A DNA stretch of 64,000 nucleotides from an uncultured Pelagibacteraceae bacterium (GTDB lineage: Bacteria > Pseudomonadota > Alphaproteobacteria > Pelagibacterales > Pelagibacteraceae). This document shows positions 40,414-49,718 of the stretch, piece by piece (positions within the stretch are counted from its first letter, which is position 1; each line of letters starts with the position of its first letter). Where the stretch lies: NCBI GenBank assembly GCA_902618975.1, contig CACNCN010000002.1, forward strand, positions 5,325 to 69,324, read 5' to 3'. Position numbers and translations under genes: made by a program. A model generated the notes under the pieces. That model ran no database searches and was not told the DNA's origin. It worked only from the letters and a program-made list of their open reading frames with translations.

Positions 40414-40533
40414 TTAGTCGTTGCAACAACAACATTTAGACTCAGTTTTGCATCTACATTCCTGAGCAACTTTACAAGCACACTTATCTTCCGTACAATT
40501 TTTGCATATACATTTTGGATTATTGCATGTCAT
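40414..40533 (-). CDS. Metallothionein-like Cys-rich peptide, 39 aa (not in ORF track)
   Basis: Manual translation MTCNNPKCICKNCTEDKCACKVAQECRCKTESKCCCCND*; 12 Cys, CxC motifs, no aromatic residues; fills the gap co-directionally. Confidence 0.8.
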   Translation of the reverse strand: MTCNNPKCICKNCTEDKCACKVAQECRCKTESKCCCCND

Positions 40534-40580
40534 AAATTATATATAATTATTATAATTCTAAATACAACTTATAATTTTTA

Positions 40581-41285
40581 CTAGATTTGGTCTAAAGTTA
40601 AACCTTTAACATTTGCTGGTACCGCAATATCCATCATTTTTGGATTCGAAAGATTTAGATTTCTCATAATTTCAGCGTATTCATCTTTTGATTTTACTTG
40701 CAGTCTTGGATTGTTATTTTTCTCATTTTCAATAGTTGAGAATTTTTTACCATTGTAGTCATGAGCGGGATACACTAAGGTTTTTTCTGGTAATTTTAGA
40801 AGCTTATTAAATAAAGAGTCATAAGCATCGTAAGAACTTCCATTTTGAAAATCTGTTCTACCAGTTCCATTTATTAAAAGTGTATCGCCTGTAAATACTC
40901 TATCATTCATTAAATAACTATAAGAGCAATCAGTATGCCCTGGTGTATACATTGCTTTTAGCTCAATATTTTCAATTTTTACTTTTTCCTCATCTTTTAT
41001 TTTTATATCAATTACTTCAGACTTAGAATTTTCACCCATTACTCGTGCACAACTTGTTCTTTTATTTAATTCATTCAATGCTGTTATGTGGTCTGCATGA
41101 ATGTGTGTATCAATTACTTTCACAAGTTTTAACTTTAATTTTTCCAAAATTTTTAAATATTTGCCAGTATGTTCAATTACTGGATCAATTATTAAAGCTT
41201 CACGTCCTTCTCCACTTGAAATAATGTAGGTATAAGTTGATGACTTATCATCAAATAATTGCTGAAATATCATATATTTATTCAT
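40581..41285 (-). CDS. Persulfide dioxygenase (ETHE1-like MBL fold)
   Basis: SSTYTY, THIHADH, TPGHT, TGDTLLI.G.GRTDFQ, YPAHDY, NPRL, AVPAN. Confidence 0.88.
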   Translation of the reverse strand: MNKYMIFQQLFDDKSSTYTYIISSGEGREALIIDPVIEHTGKYLKILEKLKLKLVKVIDTHIHADHITALNELNKRTSCARVMGENSKSEVIDIKIKDEEKVKIENIELKAMYTPGHTDCSYSYLMNDRVFTGDTLLINGTGRTDFQNGSSYDAYDSLFNKLLKLPEKTLVYPAHDYNGKKFSTIENEKNNNPRLQVKSKDEYAEIMRNLNLSNPKMMDIAVPANVKGLTLDQI

Positions 41286-41348
41286 ATTATAAAAAATTGC
41301 ATAGCAAATCAATCTTGCATATAATTTAATTATAAAAAGGAGACATAA

Positions 41349-42011
41349 ATGACATTAAAAATTAATAGTGTTGCACCAGATTTTACAGCACAAACTCAAA
41401 TGGGTGAGATAAAATTTCACGAGTGGTTAGGGGACAGTTGGGGAGTATTATTTTCACACCCAAAAGATTTTACGCCCGTTTGTACAACTGAGCTAGGTGC
41501 ATTAGCAAGAATGAAACCTGAATTTGATGCAAGAAATGTAAAAGTTATGGGATTATCAGTAGACCCAGTGTCAGATCATGAAAAATGGTTAGAGGACATT
41601 ACAGATGTTTGTGGAATGAAACCAGAGTACCCAATTGTTGCTGACGAAAAATTAGAGGTAGCAAAATTATATAATATGTTGGAAGGAGATGCAGGGACAA
41701 CATCAATGGGTAGAACTGCAGTTGATAATGAAACAGTTAGAACAGTATACATTGTAAGACCTGATAAAAGAATCGGTCTATTTCTTACTTACCCAATGAC
41801 AACAGGAAGAAACTTTGGTGAAATACTAAGAGCAATAGACTCTATGCAAAGAACAGCTAAACATAAAATAGCAACTCCAGCAGACTGGAAACCAGGAGAA
41901 GATGTTATTATTGTTCCAAAAGTAACAAACGAGGAAGCAAAAAAAATATACCCTGATGGATGGGAAACAATTAAGCCGTATTTAAGAAAAGTACCTGACC
42001 CACAAAAGTAA
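41349..42011 (+). CDS. 1-Cys peroxiredoxin (Prx6)
   Basis: FSHPKDFTPVCTTE, YPMTTGRNF, TPADW; AGGAG SD. Confidence 0.95.
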   Translation: MTLKINSVAPDFTAQTQMGEIKFHEWLGDSWGVLFSHPKDFTPVCTTELGALARMKPEFDARNVKVMGLSVDPVSDHEKWLEDITDVCGMKPEYPIVADEKLEVAKLYNMLEGDAGTTSMGRTAVDNETVRTVYIVRPDKRIGLFLTYPMTTGRNFGEILRAIDSMQRTAKHKIATPADWKPGEDVIIVPKVTNEEAKKIYPDGWETIKPYLRKVPDPQK

Positions 42012-42078
42012 GTTAGATACTAGAATTTTAGACCAACAATCTCAGCATTGGGAAAAAAGTTTCTCAAATAAGCCTGAG

Positions 42079-42666
42079 ATGTTTGGTTTAGAAGAAAGTG
42101 AACCAGCAAGAAAATCTTTAAAACTCTTCCAGGAAAACAATATTAATAATATAGTTGAATTAGGTGCAGGTCTCGGAAGAGATAGTATTTTTTTCTCTCA
42201 AAATAATATTTCAGTAACTTCATTAGATTACAGCCCCTCGGGCATAAACATAATTAATAAAAAAATTCATGAGAAGAAAATTAAAAATATCAGCACTAAA
42301 TTATTTGATATTAGACAAAAACTTCCTTTTGAAGACAACTCTATTGATGGATGTTTTTCGCACATGTTATATTGTATGGCATTAAGTAACGAAGACTTGA
42401 TTAATTTGAATAACGAAATTTGCAGAATATTAAAACCCGAAGGATTAAACATTTATACTGTTAGAAACATGCAAGATGGAGACTATAAAAATGGAATGCA
42501 TATAAGTGAAAACATGTATGAAAATGACGGTTTCATAGTACATTTTTTTAACAAAAAAAAAGTTAATCAATTAACCTATGGTTTTAGAAATATAAAAATT
42601 GAAAGTTTTGAAGAAGGAAAGTTTCCAAGAAAACTTTATTTCGTAGTGAATAAAAAAATCAAATAA
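42079..42666 (+). CDS. Class I SAM-dependent methyltransferase (true start possibly further upstream)
   Basis: VELGAGLGRD motif I, LDYS, LPFEDNS, LKPEG. Confidence 0.8.
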   Translation: MFGLEESEPARKSLKLFQENNINNIVELGAGLGRDSIFFSQNNISVTSLDYSPSGINIINKKIHEKKIKNISTKLFDIRQKLPFEDNSIDGCFSHMLYCMALSNEDLINLNNEICRILKPEGLNIYTVRNMQDGDYKNGMHISENMYENDGFIVHFFNKKKVNQLTYGFRNIKIESFEEGKFPRKLYFVVNKKIK

Positions 42667-42667
42667 A

Positions 42668-43360
42668 TCATTTATACCTTCTCATTGATACGCTTGCTAA
42701 TAATAAGTTAGGATCAATAAAAGTTTTTGATTTTTTAATTTTTTTAAACGACTTATAGGCAAATATTGCAATTGGAAGCTCGGTACAACCCAAGATTATC
42801 TTTTTACATTTTAGCTTAATCAAATGATTAACTGCTGGCTTAATAGCCTTTTCGGCTTCTTTTACTTTACCTGTTTTTACAAGTCTAATTGCTTTATTTA
42901 CTGAGCTGATTTGCAGAGATTTGCTTGGACTGACTAAACTGAAATATTTATTAAAATATTTACTGTAAACTTTTGTTTTTAAAGTCGCTTCTGTACAAAG
43001 AATTCCGATTTTTGAATTCTTTTTACACGTTTTTTTAGTGTGCAAATATACCTCTTTCGGCATGCTTATAATTGGAATTTTAATTTTTTTTTGTAAATCA
43101 TCATACCAATGATGTGCTGTATTGCAGGGCATGACAATAAATTTACATTTATTTTTTTTTAATAGGTTACATCCTTTAATAAGACTTTTTAAAACGTAAT
43201 TATATCTACTAAGATTTTCAGGTCTTTTTGGAATATTTGATTTGTTATATAATAGAAAAAGAGGATATTTCTGATCTGTTTTACCTACATTCAATTTTGC
43301 TAATTTATTGCAGAAGTCTAAACCTGCTCTAGTTCCCATGCCTCCTAAAATTCCAATCAT
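42668..43360 (-). CDS. Aspartate/glutamate-family amino acid racemase
   Basis: IGILGGMG, PCNTAH, LGCTE catalytic Cys pair; start ATG 43360. Confidence 0.9.
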   Translation of the reverse strand: MIGILGGMGTRAGLDFCNKLAKLNVGKTDQKYPLFLLYNKSNIPKRPENLSRYNYVLKSLIKGCNLLKKNKCKFIVMPCNTAHHWYDDLQKKIKIPIISMPKEVYLHTKKTCKKNSKIGILCTEATLKTKVYSKYFNKYFSLVSPSKSLQISSVNKAIRLVKTGKVKEAEKAIKPAVNHLIKLKCKKIILGCTELPIAIFAYKSFKKIKKSKTFIDPNLLLASVSMRRYK

Positions 43361-43444
43361 TTTTACTACTGTATTTGTGATTGTTATCCAATTAATTGAA
43401 AAGAAAATCAATGATTATATCGTCCAAAAGTATTAATGTAATTA

Positions 43445-44608
43445 ATGAATGGAAATTTAATTGTTCTAACTTTAAGTCAAATTTTTAGCTTCACTGCTGC
43501 ACCAGTTACTGTTTTTCTTAGTGGAATAATTGGTTCACAGATTAGTCCATTAAAATCTTTATCGACTCTACCAATGTCTATTTCTGTTGTTGGAATTGCA
43601 ATTGGAGCAATCTTTGCTTCTAAATTGATGAGCATATCAGGACGAAAGGTTGGCTTTATCGTTGCATCAATTGGAAATACATTAATATCTATTTTGGCTG
43701 CATACTCTATTTTTATTCAAAGCTTTTCTATTTATTGTGTTGCTAATTTTTTTTTAGGTGTGGGTATGGCTTTTACGCATCAGTATCGCTTTGCTGCCGC
43801 TGAAAGTGTTAATAAAGATAAAGTGCCACGTGCGATTTCAATAATTTTACTTGGGGGTATTGTTTCAGCCTTTATAGGTCCAAGTGTTGCAAATTATTCT
43901 AAGGAATTGTTTAGCAATCATATGTACGTAGGATCTTATTTGTCTCTTGCAGCGTTAACTTTCTTACCAACAATTTTCTTTCTCTTTTATAAAAATACCT
44001 CAAAAATAGAGTTATCTTTTAAATATTCTGGCAGAAGTTATTTAGAACTTGTTTCTCAACCAAGATTTTTACAAGCTGTAATTTCTTCAGCGTTTGGTTA
44101 TGCAATAATGACATTTTTGATGACAGGAACTCCTTTAAGTATGCATGTAATAGAGGGAATTAGTTTGAACAAGACAAGTATAGTCATACAAATTCATGTT
44201 GCTTGTATGTTTTTACCTTCATTAATTGCGGGTAATTTAGTTAAAAGAATTGGTCATTCAAAGATGATGTATGTCGGAGTAGGCCTATATTGTTTAACAG
44301 TAATAATAAGTTTATTTGATCAGTCATTTTTAAATTATATGATCGCTCTTATCTTTCTAGGTTTTGGATGGAATTTCTTGTTTATATCTGGAACAAGTTT
44401 ATTGGTTCTAACATACAACGAGGAGGAAAAATATAGAGCACAAGGTTTTAATGATTTTGTAGTTTATTCTGTCCATGCACTAGGCAGTTTATCTGCAGGT
44501 ATATTAATAGTTCTAACAAATTGGAAAATTATGAATATAATTTGTATACCCTTAATAATTGTAATTATATTAACCATATTAAGAGCAGATATTTTAACTA
44601 AAAAATGA
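43445..44608 (+). CDS. MFS transporter
   Basis: About 12 TM; GRK, YRFAAAE, GWNF motifs. Confidence 0.88.
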   Translation: MNGNLIVLTLSQIFSFTAAPVTVFLSGIIGSQISPLKSLSTLPMSISVVGIAIGAIFASKLMSISGRKVGFIVASIGNTLISILAAYSIFIQSFSIYCVANFFLGVGMAFTHQYRFAAAESVNKDKVPRAISIILLGGIVSAFIGPSVANYSKELFSNHMYVGSYLSLAALTFLPTIFFLFYKNTSKIELSFKYSGRSYLELVSQPRFLQAVISSAFGYAIMTFLMTGTPLSMHVIEGISLNKTSIVIQIHVACMFLPSLIAGNLVKRIGHSKMMYVGVGLYCLTVIISLFDQSFLNYMIALIFLGFGWNFLFISGTSLLVLTYNEEEKYRAQGFNDFVVYSVHALGSLSAGILIVLTNWKIMNIICIPLIIVIILTILRADILTKK

Positions 44609-45219
44609 GTTTTTTATTACTTGGATTTTTTACTGGCATTAGTTTAATTTTAGCCATCGGAGCACAAAATATATTTGTAATAGAGCAGGGACTTAAAAAA
44701 AAATATGTATTTATTGTTTGTATAATTTGTTCTTTATCAGATTTTATTTTAATTTTTTTAGGTATTTTTTTATTTGACTATTTAAAAATATATTTTACAA
44801 AAAATGTAGAACTTACCTTTAATATTTTACTATTAATATTTCTAATTTACTTTATTTATAACAAAGTTATTTCTTTGTATAAAAAAAATAATATTAACTT
44901 TGAGGATGAAAATTTAAATTTTAAATCAATAGTAATAAAAACTCTTGGATTTACCTATTTAAATCCTCATGTATATTCTGATACGGTTTTTTTTTTAGGA
45001 AACTTCTCAAAAAACTTTTTAATTGCCAATAAATATTTGTTTGGTTTTGGTGCTTCTATTGCATCATTTATATTTTTTTTTTCGTTGGGATATCTGGCAA
45101 AATTTTTTTCTAGTAACTTAGTTAATTCAAATACATGGAAAACAATAAATTTTTTTATAATTATATTTATGACAGTTTTGTCTAGTTATGTATTTATGGA
45201 TATAGTCGATTTAATTTGA
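44605..45219 (+). CDS. LysE/ArgO amino acid exporter
   Basis: LILAIGAQN and LNPHVY.DT motifs. Confidence 0.88.
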   Translation: MSFLLLGFFTGISLILAIGAQNIFVIEQGLKKKYVFIVCIICSLSDFILIFLGIFLFDYLKIYFTKNVELTFNILLLIFLIYFIYNKVISLYKKNNINFEDENLNFKSIVIKTLGFTYLNPHVYSDTVFFLGNFSKNFLIANKYLFGFGASIASFIFFFSLGYLAKFFSSNLVNSNTWKTINFFIIIFMTVLSSYVFMDIVDLI

Positions 45220-46497
45220 AAAACCGTATTTTCTTAATCTTACATCACCTGTTCGAGCATGGGCTTCCATACCTTCGTATCTTGAAATTCTTGCGGCAGC
45301 AGAACCGACTTCTTTAGTAGACTCTTTAGTCATTCTTTGAAAACTTAGAGTTTTAATAAATTTTCCAACGAACAAACCTCCTGTATATTTACCTGCACCT
45401 TTAGTGGGTAAAATATGATTTGTTCCTGAACATTTATCTCCATAAGCTACTGTTGTTTCTTCTCCGATAAATAAAGATCCGTAATTTTTAAGTCTATCGT
45501 GAAACCATTTGTCGTTTTTGGTTTGTACTTCTAAATGTTCTGGAGCATACTCATCACTAATTTTAGCCATGTCTTCGTCGGTTTCACATAATATTACTTC
45601 TCCATAATCTCTCCATGCAGCTTCTGCACTAGTTCTTGGTAATTCAGGTAGTTCTGAAATTAATTCTGGAACTCTTTTCATTACCTCATCTGCAAGTTTT
45701 TTACTTGTTGTATACAGCCATGCAGGAGAGTTATAACCATGCTCTGCTTGACCAACTAAATCCACAGACACAATTTCAGGATCTGCAGTATCATCTGCTA
45801 TAATTGCAATTTCAGTGGGTCCTGCAAATAAATCTATGCCTACTTTTCCAAATAAAATTCTTTTTGCTTCTGCAACAAACTGATTACCAGGACCAACCAA
45901 CATGTCTGCAGGCTCATTACCAAACATTCCATAAGTCATTGCGGCAATTGCCGGTACACCTCCTAAGTTCAATATTTTATCAGCTCCACATAGATCAGCT
46001 GTATAAATTACAGATTGATTTGCACCCATCTTATCTTTTGGAGGACTACAGGCAATAATATTTTTAACACCAGCAACTTTCGCTGTCGTAACACTCATCA
46101 CAGCAGAAGCTATATGAGCGTATCTACCTCCAGGTATATAGCATCCAGCAGTATTAACAGGAATTAATTTTTGACCAGCATACAAGCCTTTTGAAAGTTC
46201 AACTTCAAAATCTTGACCATAATTTTTAAGTTGTGCTTCTGCAAATTTCTTAACTCTGTCATAAGAAAATTTAATATCATCTTTAGTTTTTTGATCCAAA
46301 GTTTTACTTATTTCATCAATTCTATCTTTAGAAACAATTATTTCTCCATCGTATTTATCAAATTTTTTCGTTAATGCTTTACATCCATCTTCTCTAGATT
46401 TTTCAAGCTCAGCTAAAAGATTTTGAACAATATCTCTTGTTTTTAAATCATCAGTTGAAGGTTGTTTTGGCGATTTTTTTAAATACTTTATTCCCAT
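45211..46497 (-). CDS. hpsN: HisD-family dehydrogenase, most like sulfopropanediol 3-dehydrogenase HpsN
   Basis: YIPGGRYAHIASA.M.VTTAKVAG, QAEHGYNSP, AAWRDY, YGDK.SGTNH match the HpsN subfamily as I recall it rather than canonical HisD. Confidence 0.75.
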   Translation of the reverse strand: MGIKYLKKSPKQPSTDDLKTRDIVQNLLAELEKSREDGCKALTKKFDKYDGEIIVSKDRIDEISKTLDQKTKDDIKFSYDRVKKFAEAQLKNYGQDFEVELSKGLYAGQKLIPVNTAGCYIPGGRYAHIASAVMSVTTAKVAGVKNIIACSPPKDKMGANQSVIYTADLCGADKILNLGGVPAIAAMTYGMFGNEPADMLVGPGNQFVAEAKRILFGKVGIDLFAGPTEIAIIADDTADPEIVSVDLVGQAEHGYNSPAWLYTTSKKLADEVMKRVPELISELPELPRTSAEAAWRDYGEVILCETDEDMAKISDEYAPEHLEVQTKNDKWFHDRLKNYGSLFIGEETTVAYGDKCSGTNHILPTKGAGKYTGGLFVGKFIKTLSFQRMTKESTKEVGSAAARISRYEGMEAHARTGDVRLRKYGFSN

Positions 46498-46517
46498 ACA
46501 AAATTTTATTTCATAAA

Positions 46518-47429
46518 TTAATCTAAAGCAACAACAGCTGCTGCAATTGAAGCTAATCTAGCAGTAGCTACATCTGATCTTGATGTAATAACAATTGGAA
46601 CTTTTCCTCCAACAACAACACCAGCTGCACACGCACCCATAAAATAAACCATAATCTTAACCAATGCATTGCCAGATTCAACACTTGGTACTAACAAAAC
46701 ATCAGCATTCCCAGCAACTATATTAGTTATACCTTTAATTTCTGCAGATTTTTTCGAAATACTATTATCAAATGCTAAAGGTCCAAAAACATCAGCACTC
46801 AAATTTTCTTTTTTTGCAAGTTCTGTGATTTCTTTTGCATCTAACGAGCTTTGAACACTATCTAATACTTCTTCTGTTGCAGATAAAATTGATATTTTGG
46901 GTCTTTCATTTCCAATTCTTTTACAAAAATTAATCACATTTTTTAAAATATGCATTTTTGTTTTTACATTTGGACTTACATTTAAGGCACCATCCGTAAT
47001 TATTAATGGTTTATCTTGTTTGTCTAATGTCATATGCCAAATGTGACTAAGTCTTGTTTTTCCTATTAAATTATATTTCTTTTTGATTACTTCCCTCATC
47101 AATACATCAGTATGTATATGTCCTTTTACAATTATTTTTATTTTTTCTTTTGATGCCAATTCTGCAGCAATAATTGAGGTTTTATTTTCCTCTTTTTCAT
47201 CAATTATATCAAAACTAGAAATGTCAAAATTTAAATCAAGGGCACACTTTTCAATTTCCTCCTGATCTCCAATAAAAATCGGTATGATTAAATTTTCATT
47301 GACCGCATCCATAACTGACATCATTGTTATTAATTTGCCAGCATTTACAATACCAGCAGAAACACCTTTTTTTTGATGCGCAACATCTAAGAGATTGTTT
47401 GGACAAACTATTTCTTTATCTGACAACAT
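46518..47429 (-). CDS. Phosphate acetyl/butyryltransferase
   Basis: KGHIHT, TDGALN..P, LSATE, GPLAFDN, GN.L.K, TSRSD. Confidence 0.88.
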   Translation of the reverse strand: MLSDKEIVCPNNLLDVAHQKKGVSAGIVNAGKLITMMSVMDAVNENLIIPIFIGDQEEIEKCALDLNFDISSFDIIDEKEENKTSIIAAELASKEKIKIIVKGHIHTDVLMREVIKKKYNLIGKTRLSHIWHMTLDKQDKPLIITDGALNVSPNVKTKMHILKNVINFCKRIGNERPKISILSATEEVLDSVQSSLDAKEITELAKKENLSADVFGPLAFDNSISKKSAEIKGITNIVAGNADVLLVPSVESGNALVKIMVYFMGACAAGVVVGGKVPIVITSRSDVATARLASIAAAVVALD

Positions 47430-47536
47430 TTAATTGTTTATATATATTAAGTTAATATGGCATTAAATAGAAATAACTGTTAAAATTGGTCACTTTGTTG
47501 CATTGGAACATAAAATTTAATATTTAAATAGAAAAC

Positions 47537-47980
47537 ATGAGCTCCGAAACCTTAAAAATAAATTGGAATTGTAGACATACATGGAAAAAAAGTTCAAAAA
47601 ATACAGCATGGTGTTTACTTGGTTGTGCAATTGGAGACTTTGGAACAATTTTGTTTTTCCAACTAACAGAAATTCCATTTCCTGTTTTGGGTATAATGAC
47701 ATTGGCAATAATTAATGGATTAATTACAAGTATAGCATTAGAAACAATTATTCTAATAATTCAAAAATTTGGTTTTATAAATGCAGTAAAGACCGCATTC
47801 GGTATGAGTTTTATATCAATGATAAGTATGGAAGTAGCAATGAACCTGACAGATTATTTAATAACTGGTGGAGCAGTTTTAACTTGGTATGTAATACCTA
47901 TAATGTTGTGTGTTGGCTTCGTAACACCTCTTCCTTACAATTATTATAAGTTAAAAAAATATAATATTAGTTGCCATTAA
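47537..47980 (+). CDS. DUF4396-like membrane protein
   Basis: T.WCLLGCAIGD, S.ISME..MN, P.PYN pattern. Confidence 0.7.
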   Translation: MSSETLKINWNCRHTWKKSSKNTAWCLLGCAIGDFGTILFFQLTEIPFPVLGIMTLAIINGLITSIALETIILIIQKFGFINAVKTAFGMSFISMISMEVAMNLTDYLITGGAVLTWYVIPIMLCVGFVTPLPYNYYKLKKYNISCH

Positions 47981-48367
47981 ATGGAAAATTTAACCCAAAA
48001 TATTTTGGCTATCTCGCTAGGAATGATGATTTTTTTTTCATTTGTTTTAGCTCCTATGATTTTTAAGATTTTAGATCCCGAAAATGCAGGTAAATTTGTT
48101 AGAAAAATATTTCCATATTATTATTTTGTTAACTTGGTGTTTTTATCTGTAGCAGTTGTATTATTTTTTATCGTCTCATCTTTTAGTATAAATTTTTATA
48201 TAACTCTTGCGTTGGTATTTTCTTTTGTATTTGCACAATTTATATTGATGCCATTAATTAATAGGCTTAAAGACAATAATCAGGAAAAGAAATTTAAATA
48301 TGCTCATGGATTTTCAGTTGTTATTAATTTTGCTCAAATGATATTATTAATATATCTTTTGATTTGA
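47981..48367 (+). CDS. DUF4149-like membrane protein
   Basis: AP..F..L....AG.F.R..FP and 'FKYAH' pattern. Confidence 0.7.
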   Translation: MENLTQNILAISLGMMIFFSFVLAPMIFKILDPENAGKFVRKIFPYYYFVNLVFLSVAVVLFFIVSSFSINFYITLALVFSFVFAQFILMPLINRLKDNNQEKKFKYAHGFSVVINFAQMILLIYLLI

Positions 48368-48909
48368 TGAAAAAAATTTTCATTTATTTGTTATTTTTAC
48401 TTCCTATCAATTCTCATGCAGATGAAAATATAATATCTTTTCTCAAGGAAGGTAAAAAAGTTGTTTTTTTAAGACATGCCATTGCACCTGGAAATGGTGA
48501 CCCGGTCAATTTTGATATAAATGACTGTTCAACACAGCGAAATTTAAACAATAAAGGGATAATTCAGTCTAGAAATATTGGAACATTTTTTTTAACCAAT
48601 AATATTAAAATTGATAAAGTTTTATCAAGTGAATGGTGCCGTTGTAAAGATACAGCAAAAATAGCATTTGGAAAATTTAAAACTTTAAGTGCTTTGAATT
48701 CTTTTTATGAAGATAGATATGCCAAAAATAAATTTAAACAAATAAAAGATTTAAAAAAATATATTAATAATTGGGAAAGCGATTCTAACTTAATAATTGT
48801 AACTCATTATATAGTTATTTCCGCATTACTTAATACAACTACATCATCTGGTGAAATGGTTATTACAGATAAAAAACTTAATATTTTGGGTAATTTGGAA
48901 ATAAATTAA
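48364..48909 (+). CDS. Secreted histidine phosphatase-family protein
   Basis: Signal peptide; LRHA, C.TQRNL, SSEWCRC..TA, VTH. Confidence 0.8.
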   Translation: MMKKIFIYLLFLLPINSHADENIISFLKEGKKVVFLRHAIAPGNGDPVNFDINDCSTQRNLNNKGIIQSRNIGTFFLTNNIKIDKVLSSEWCRCKDTAKIAFGKFKTLSALNSFYEDRYAKNKFKQIKDLKKYINNWESDSNLIIVTHYIVISALLNTTTSSGEMVITDKKLNILGNLEIN

Positions 48910-48950
48910 TAAATTGAATTATAATTTAAAAATGATAACTCTAATATAGT

Positions 48951-49328
48951 ATGGATAACATTACTAAAACGCTTCAGCTAATATTGTTAGGAGTAATACT
49001 TGTTAGCACAGTAATTGCTGTTGGAATTGAAATAAGAACGATGTTTCTTAATCAAAGCGTGACACTTGCAGACCTTCTTTTAATGTTTCTATATCTTGAG
49101 GTGATGGCAATGGTGAGAGTTTTTTGGGAACAACAATCTATTTCAATTTCTTTACCTCTATTAATTGCTATAACTGCTTTAAGTCGATTTATAATACTTC
49201 AAGGTAAATCAATGGATCCATCTGCTTTATTATATGAGGCAGGAGCAATTTTATTAATTGCTGCGGCAATAGTAGTTTTAAGATTAAGACATAGCGAAAA
49301 ACTAGGTATCTCGAAAAGAAAAAAATAA
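48951..49328 (+). CDS. Phosphate-starvation-inducible PsiE-family membrane protein
   Basis: DLLLMFLYLE, IAITAL.R motifs. Confidence 0.8.
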   Translation: MDNITKTLQLILLGVILVSTVIAVGIEIRTMFLNQSVTLADLLLMFLYLEVMAMVRVFWEQQSISISLPLLIAITALSRFIILQGKSMDPSALLYEAGAILLIAAAIVVLRLRHSEKLGISKRKK

Positions 49329-49341
49329 ATTTTTAAACAGT

Positions 49342-49360
49342 AGTAATGAAAATCATTCTC
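49342..49360. promoter_or_regulatory. Fur-box-like site 1
   Basis: AGTAATGAAAATCATTCTC, 15/19 match to GATAATGATAATCATTATC. Confidence 0.45.
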
Positions 49361-49402
49361 AGATTTTTTTAAAATTATTTTTTTTTTTACTTAATTTTTT
49401 TT

Positions 49403-49421
49403 GATAATGATTATCATTTTT
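49403..49421. promoter_or_regulatory. Fur-box-like site 2
   Basis: GATAATGATTATCATTTTT, 16/19 match to the Fur consensus, 46 bp before the ATG at 49468. Confidence 0.6.
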
Positions 49422-49467
49422 AACTAAAAATCTTGAAATTTATTTCAATCCAATTAAATATTTTTAT

Positions 49468-49650
49468 ATGGAACTAGAAACTTATAACTGCAGAAAATGT
49501 GGATTAACTATTTCTTCAACTTGCTCCAAGTGTCATAGAGTTGTAGACGTAAAAAAACTTGATGATGGATGTATTGTGCAAGTCACAAAATGTGGAGAAT
49601 GTGCTAATACCCCTGTTATTAAAGATATTTGTGCTTCATCGCACAAGTAA
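49468..49650 (+). CDS. Small Cys-rich protein (three CxxC, 8 Cys)
   Basis: CRKC, CSKC, CGEC motifs in 60 aa. Confidence 0.7.
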   Translation: MELETYNCRKCGLTISSTCSKCHRVVDVKKLDDGCIVQVTKCGECANTPVIKDICASSHK

Positions 49651-49718
49651 TTTTAGATAACTATAATTAATTTACATTTTACTTGTTTAAACTCTTCTAA
49701 GATATAAAAGTTATATCG

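Noticed and set aside
40546-40562. ICE-like half site upstream of the metallothionein-like gene
   Set aside because: Only one arm (TTTAGAA) matches, which is expected by chance in AT-rich DNA
45211-46497. Calling this gene hisD
   Set aside because: Motifs fit the HpsN subfamily better and no other his genes are nearby
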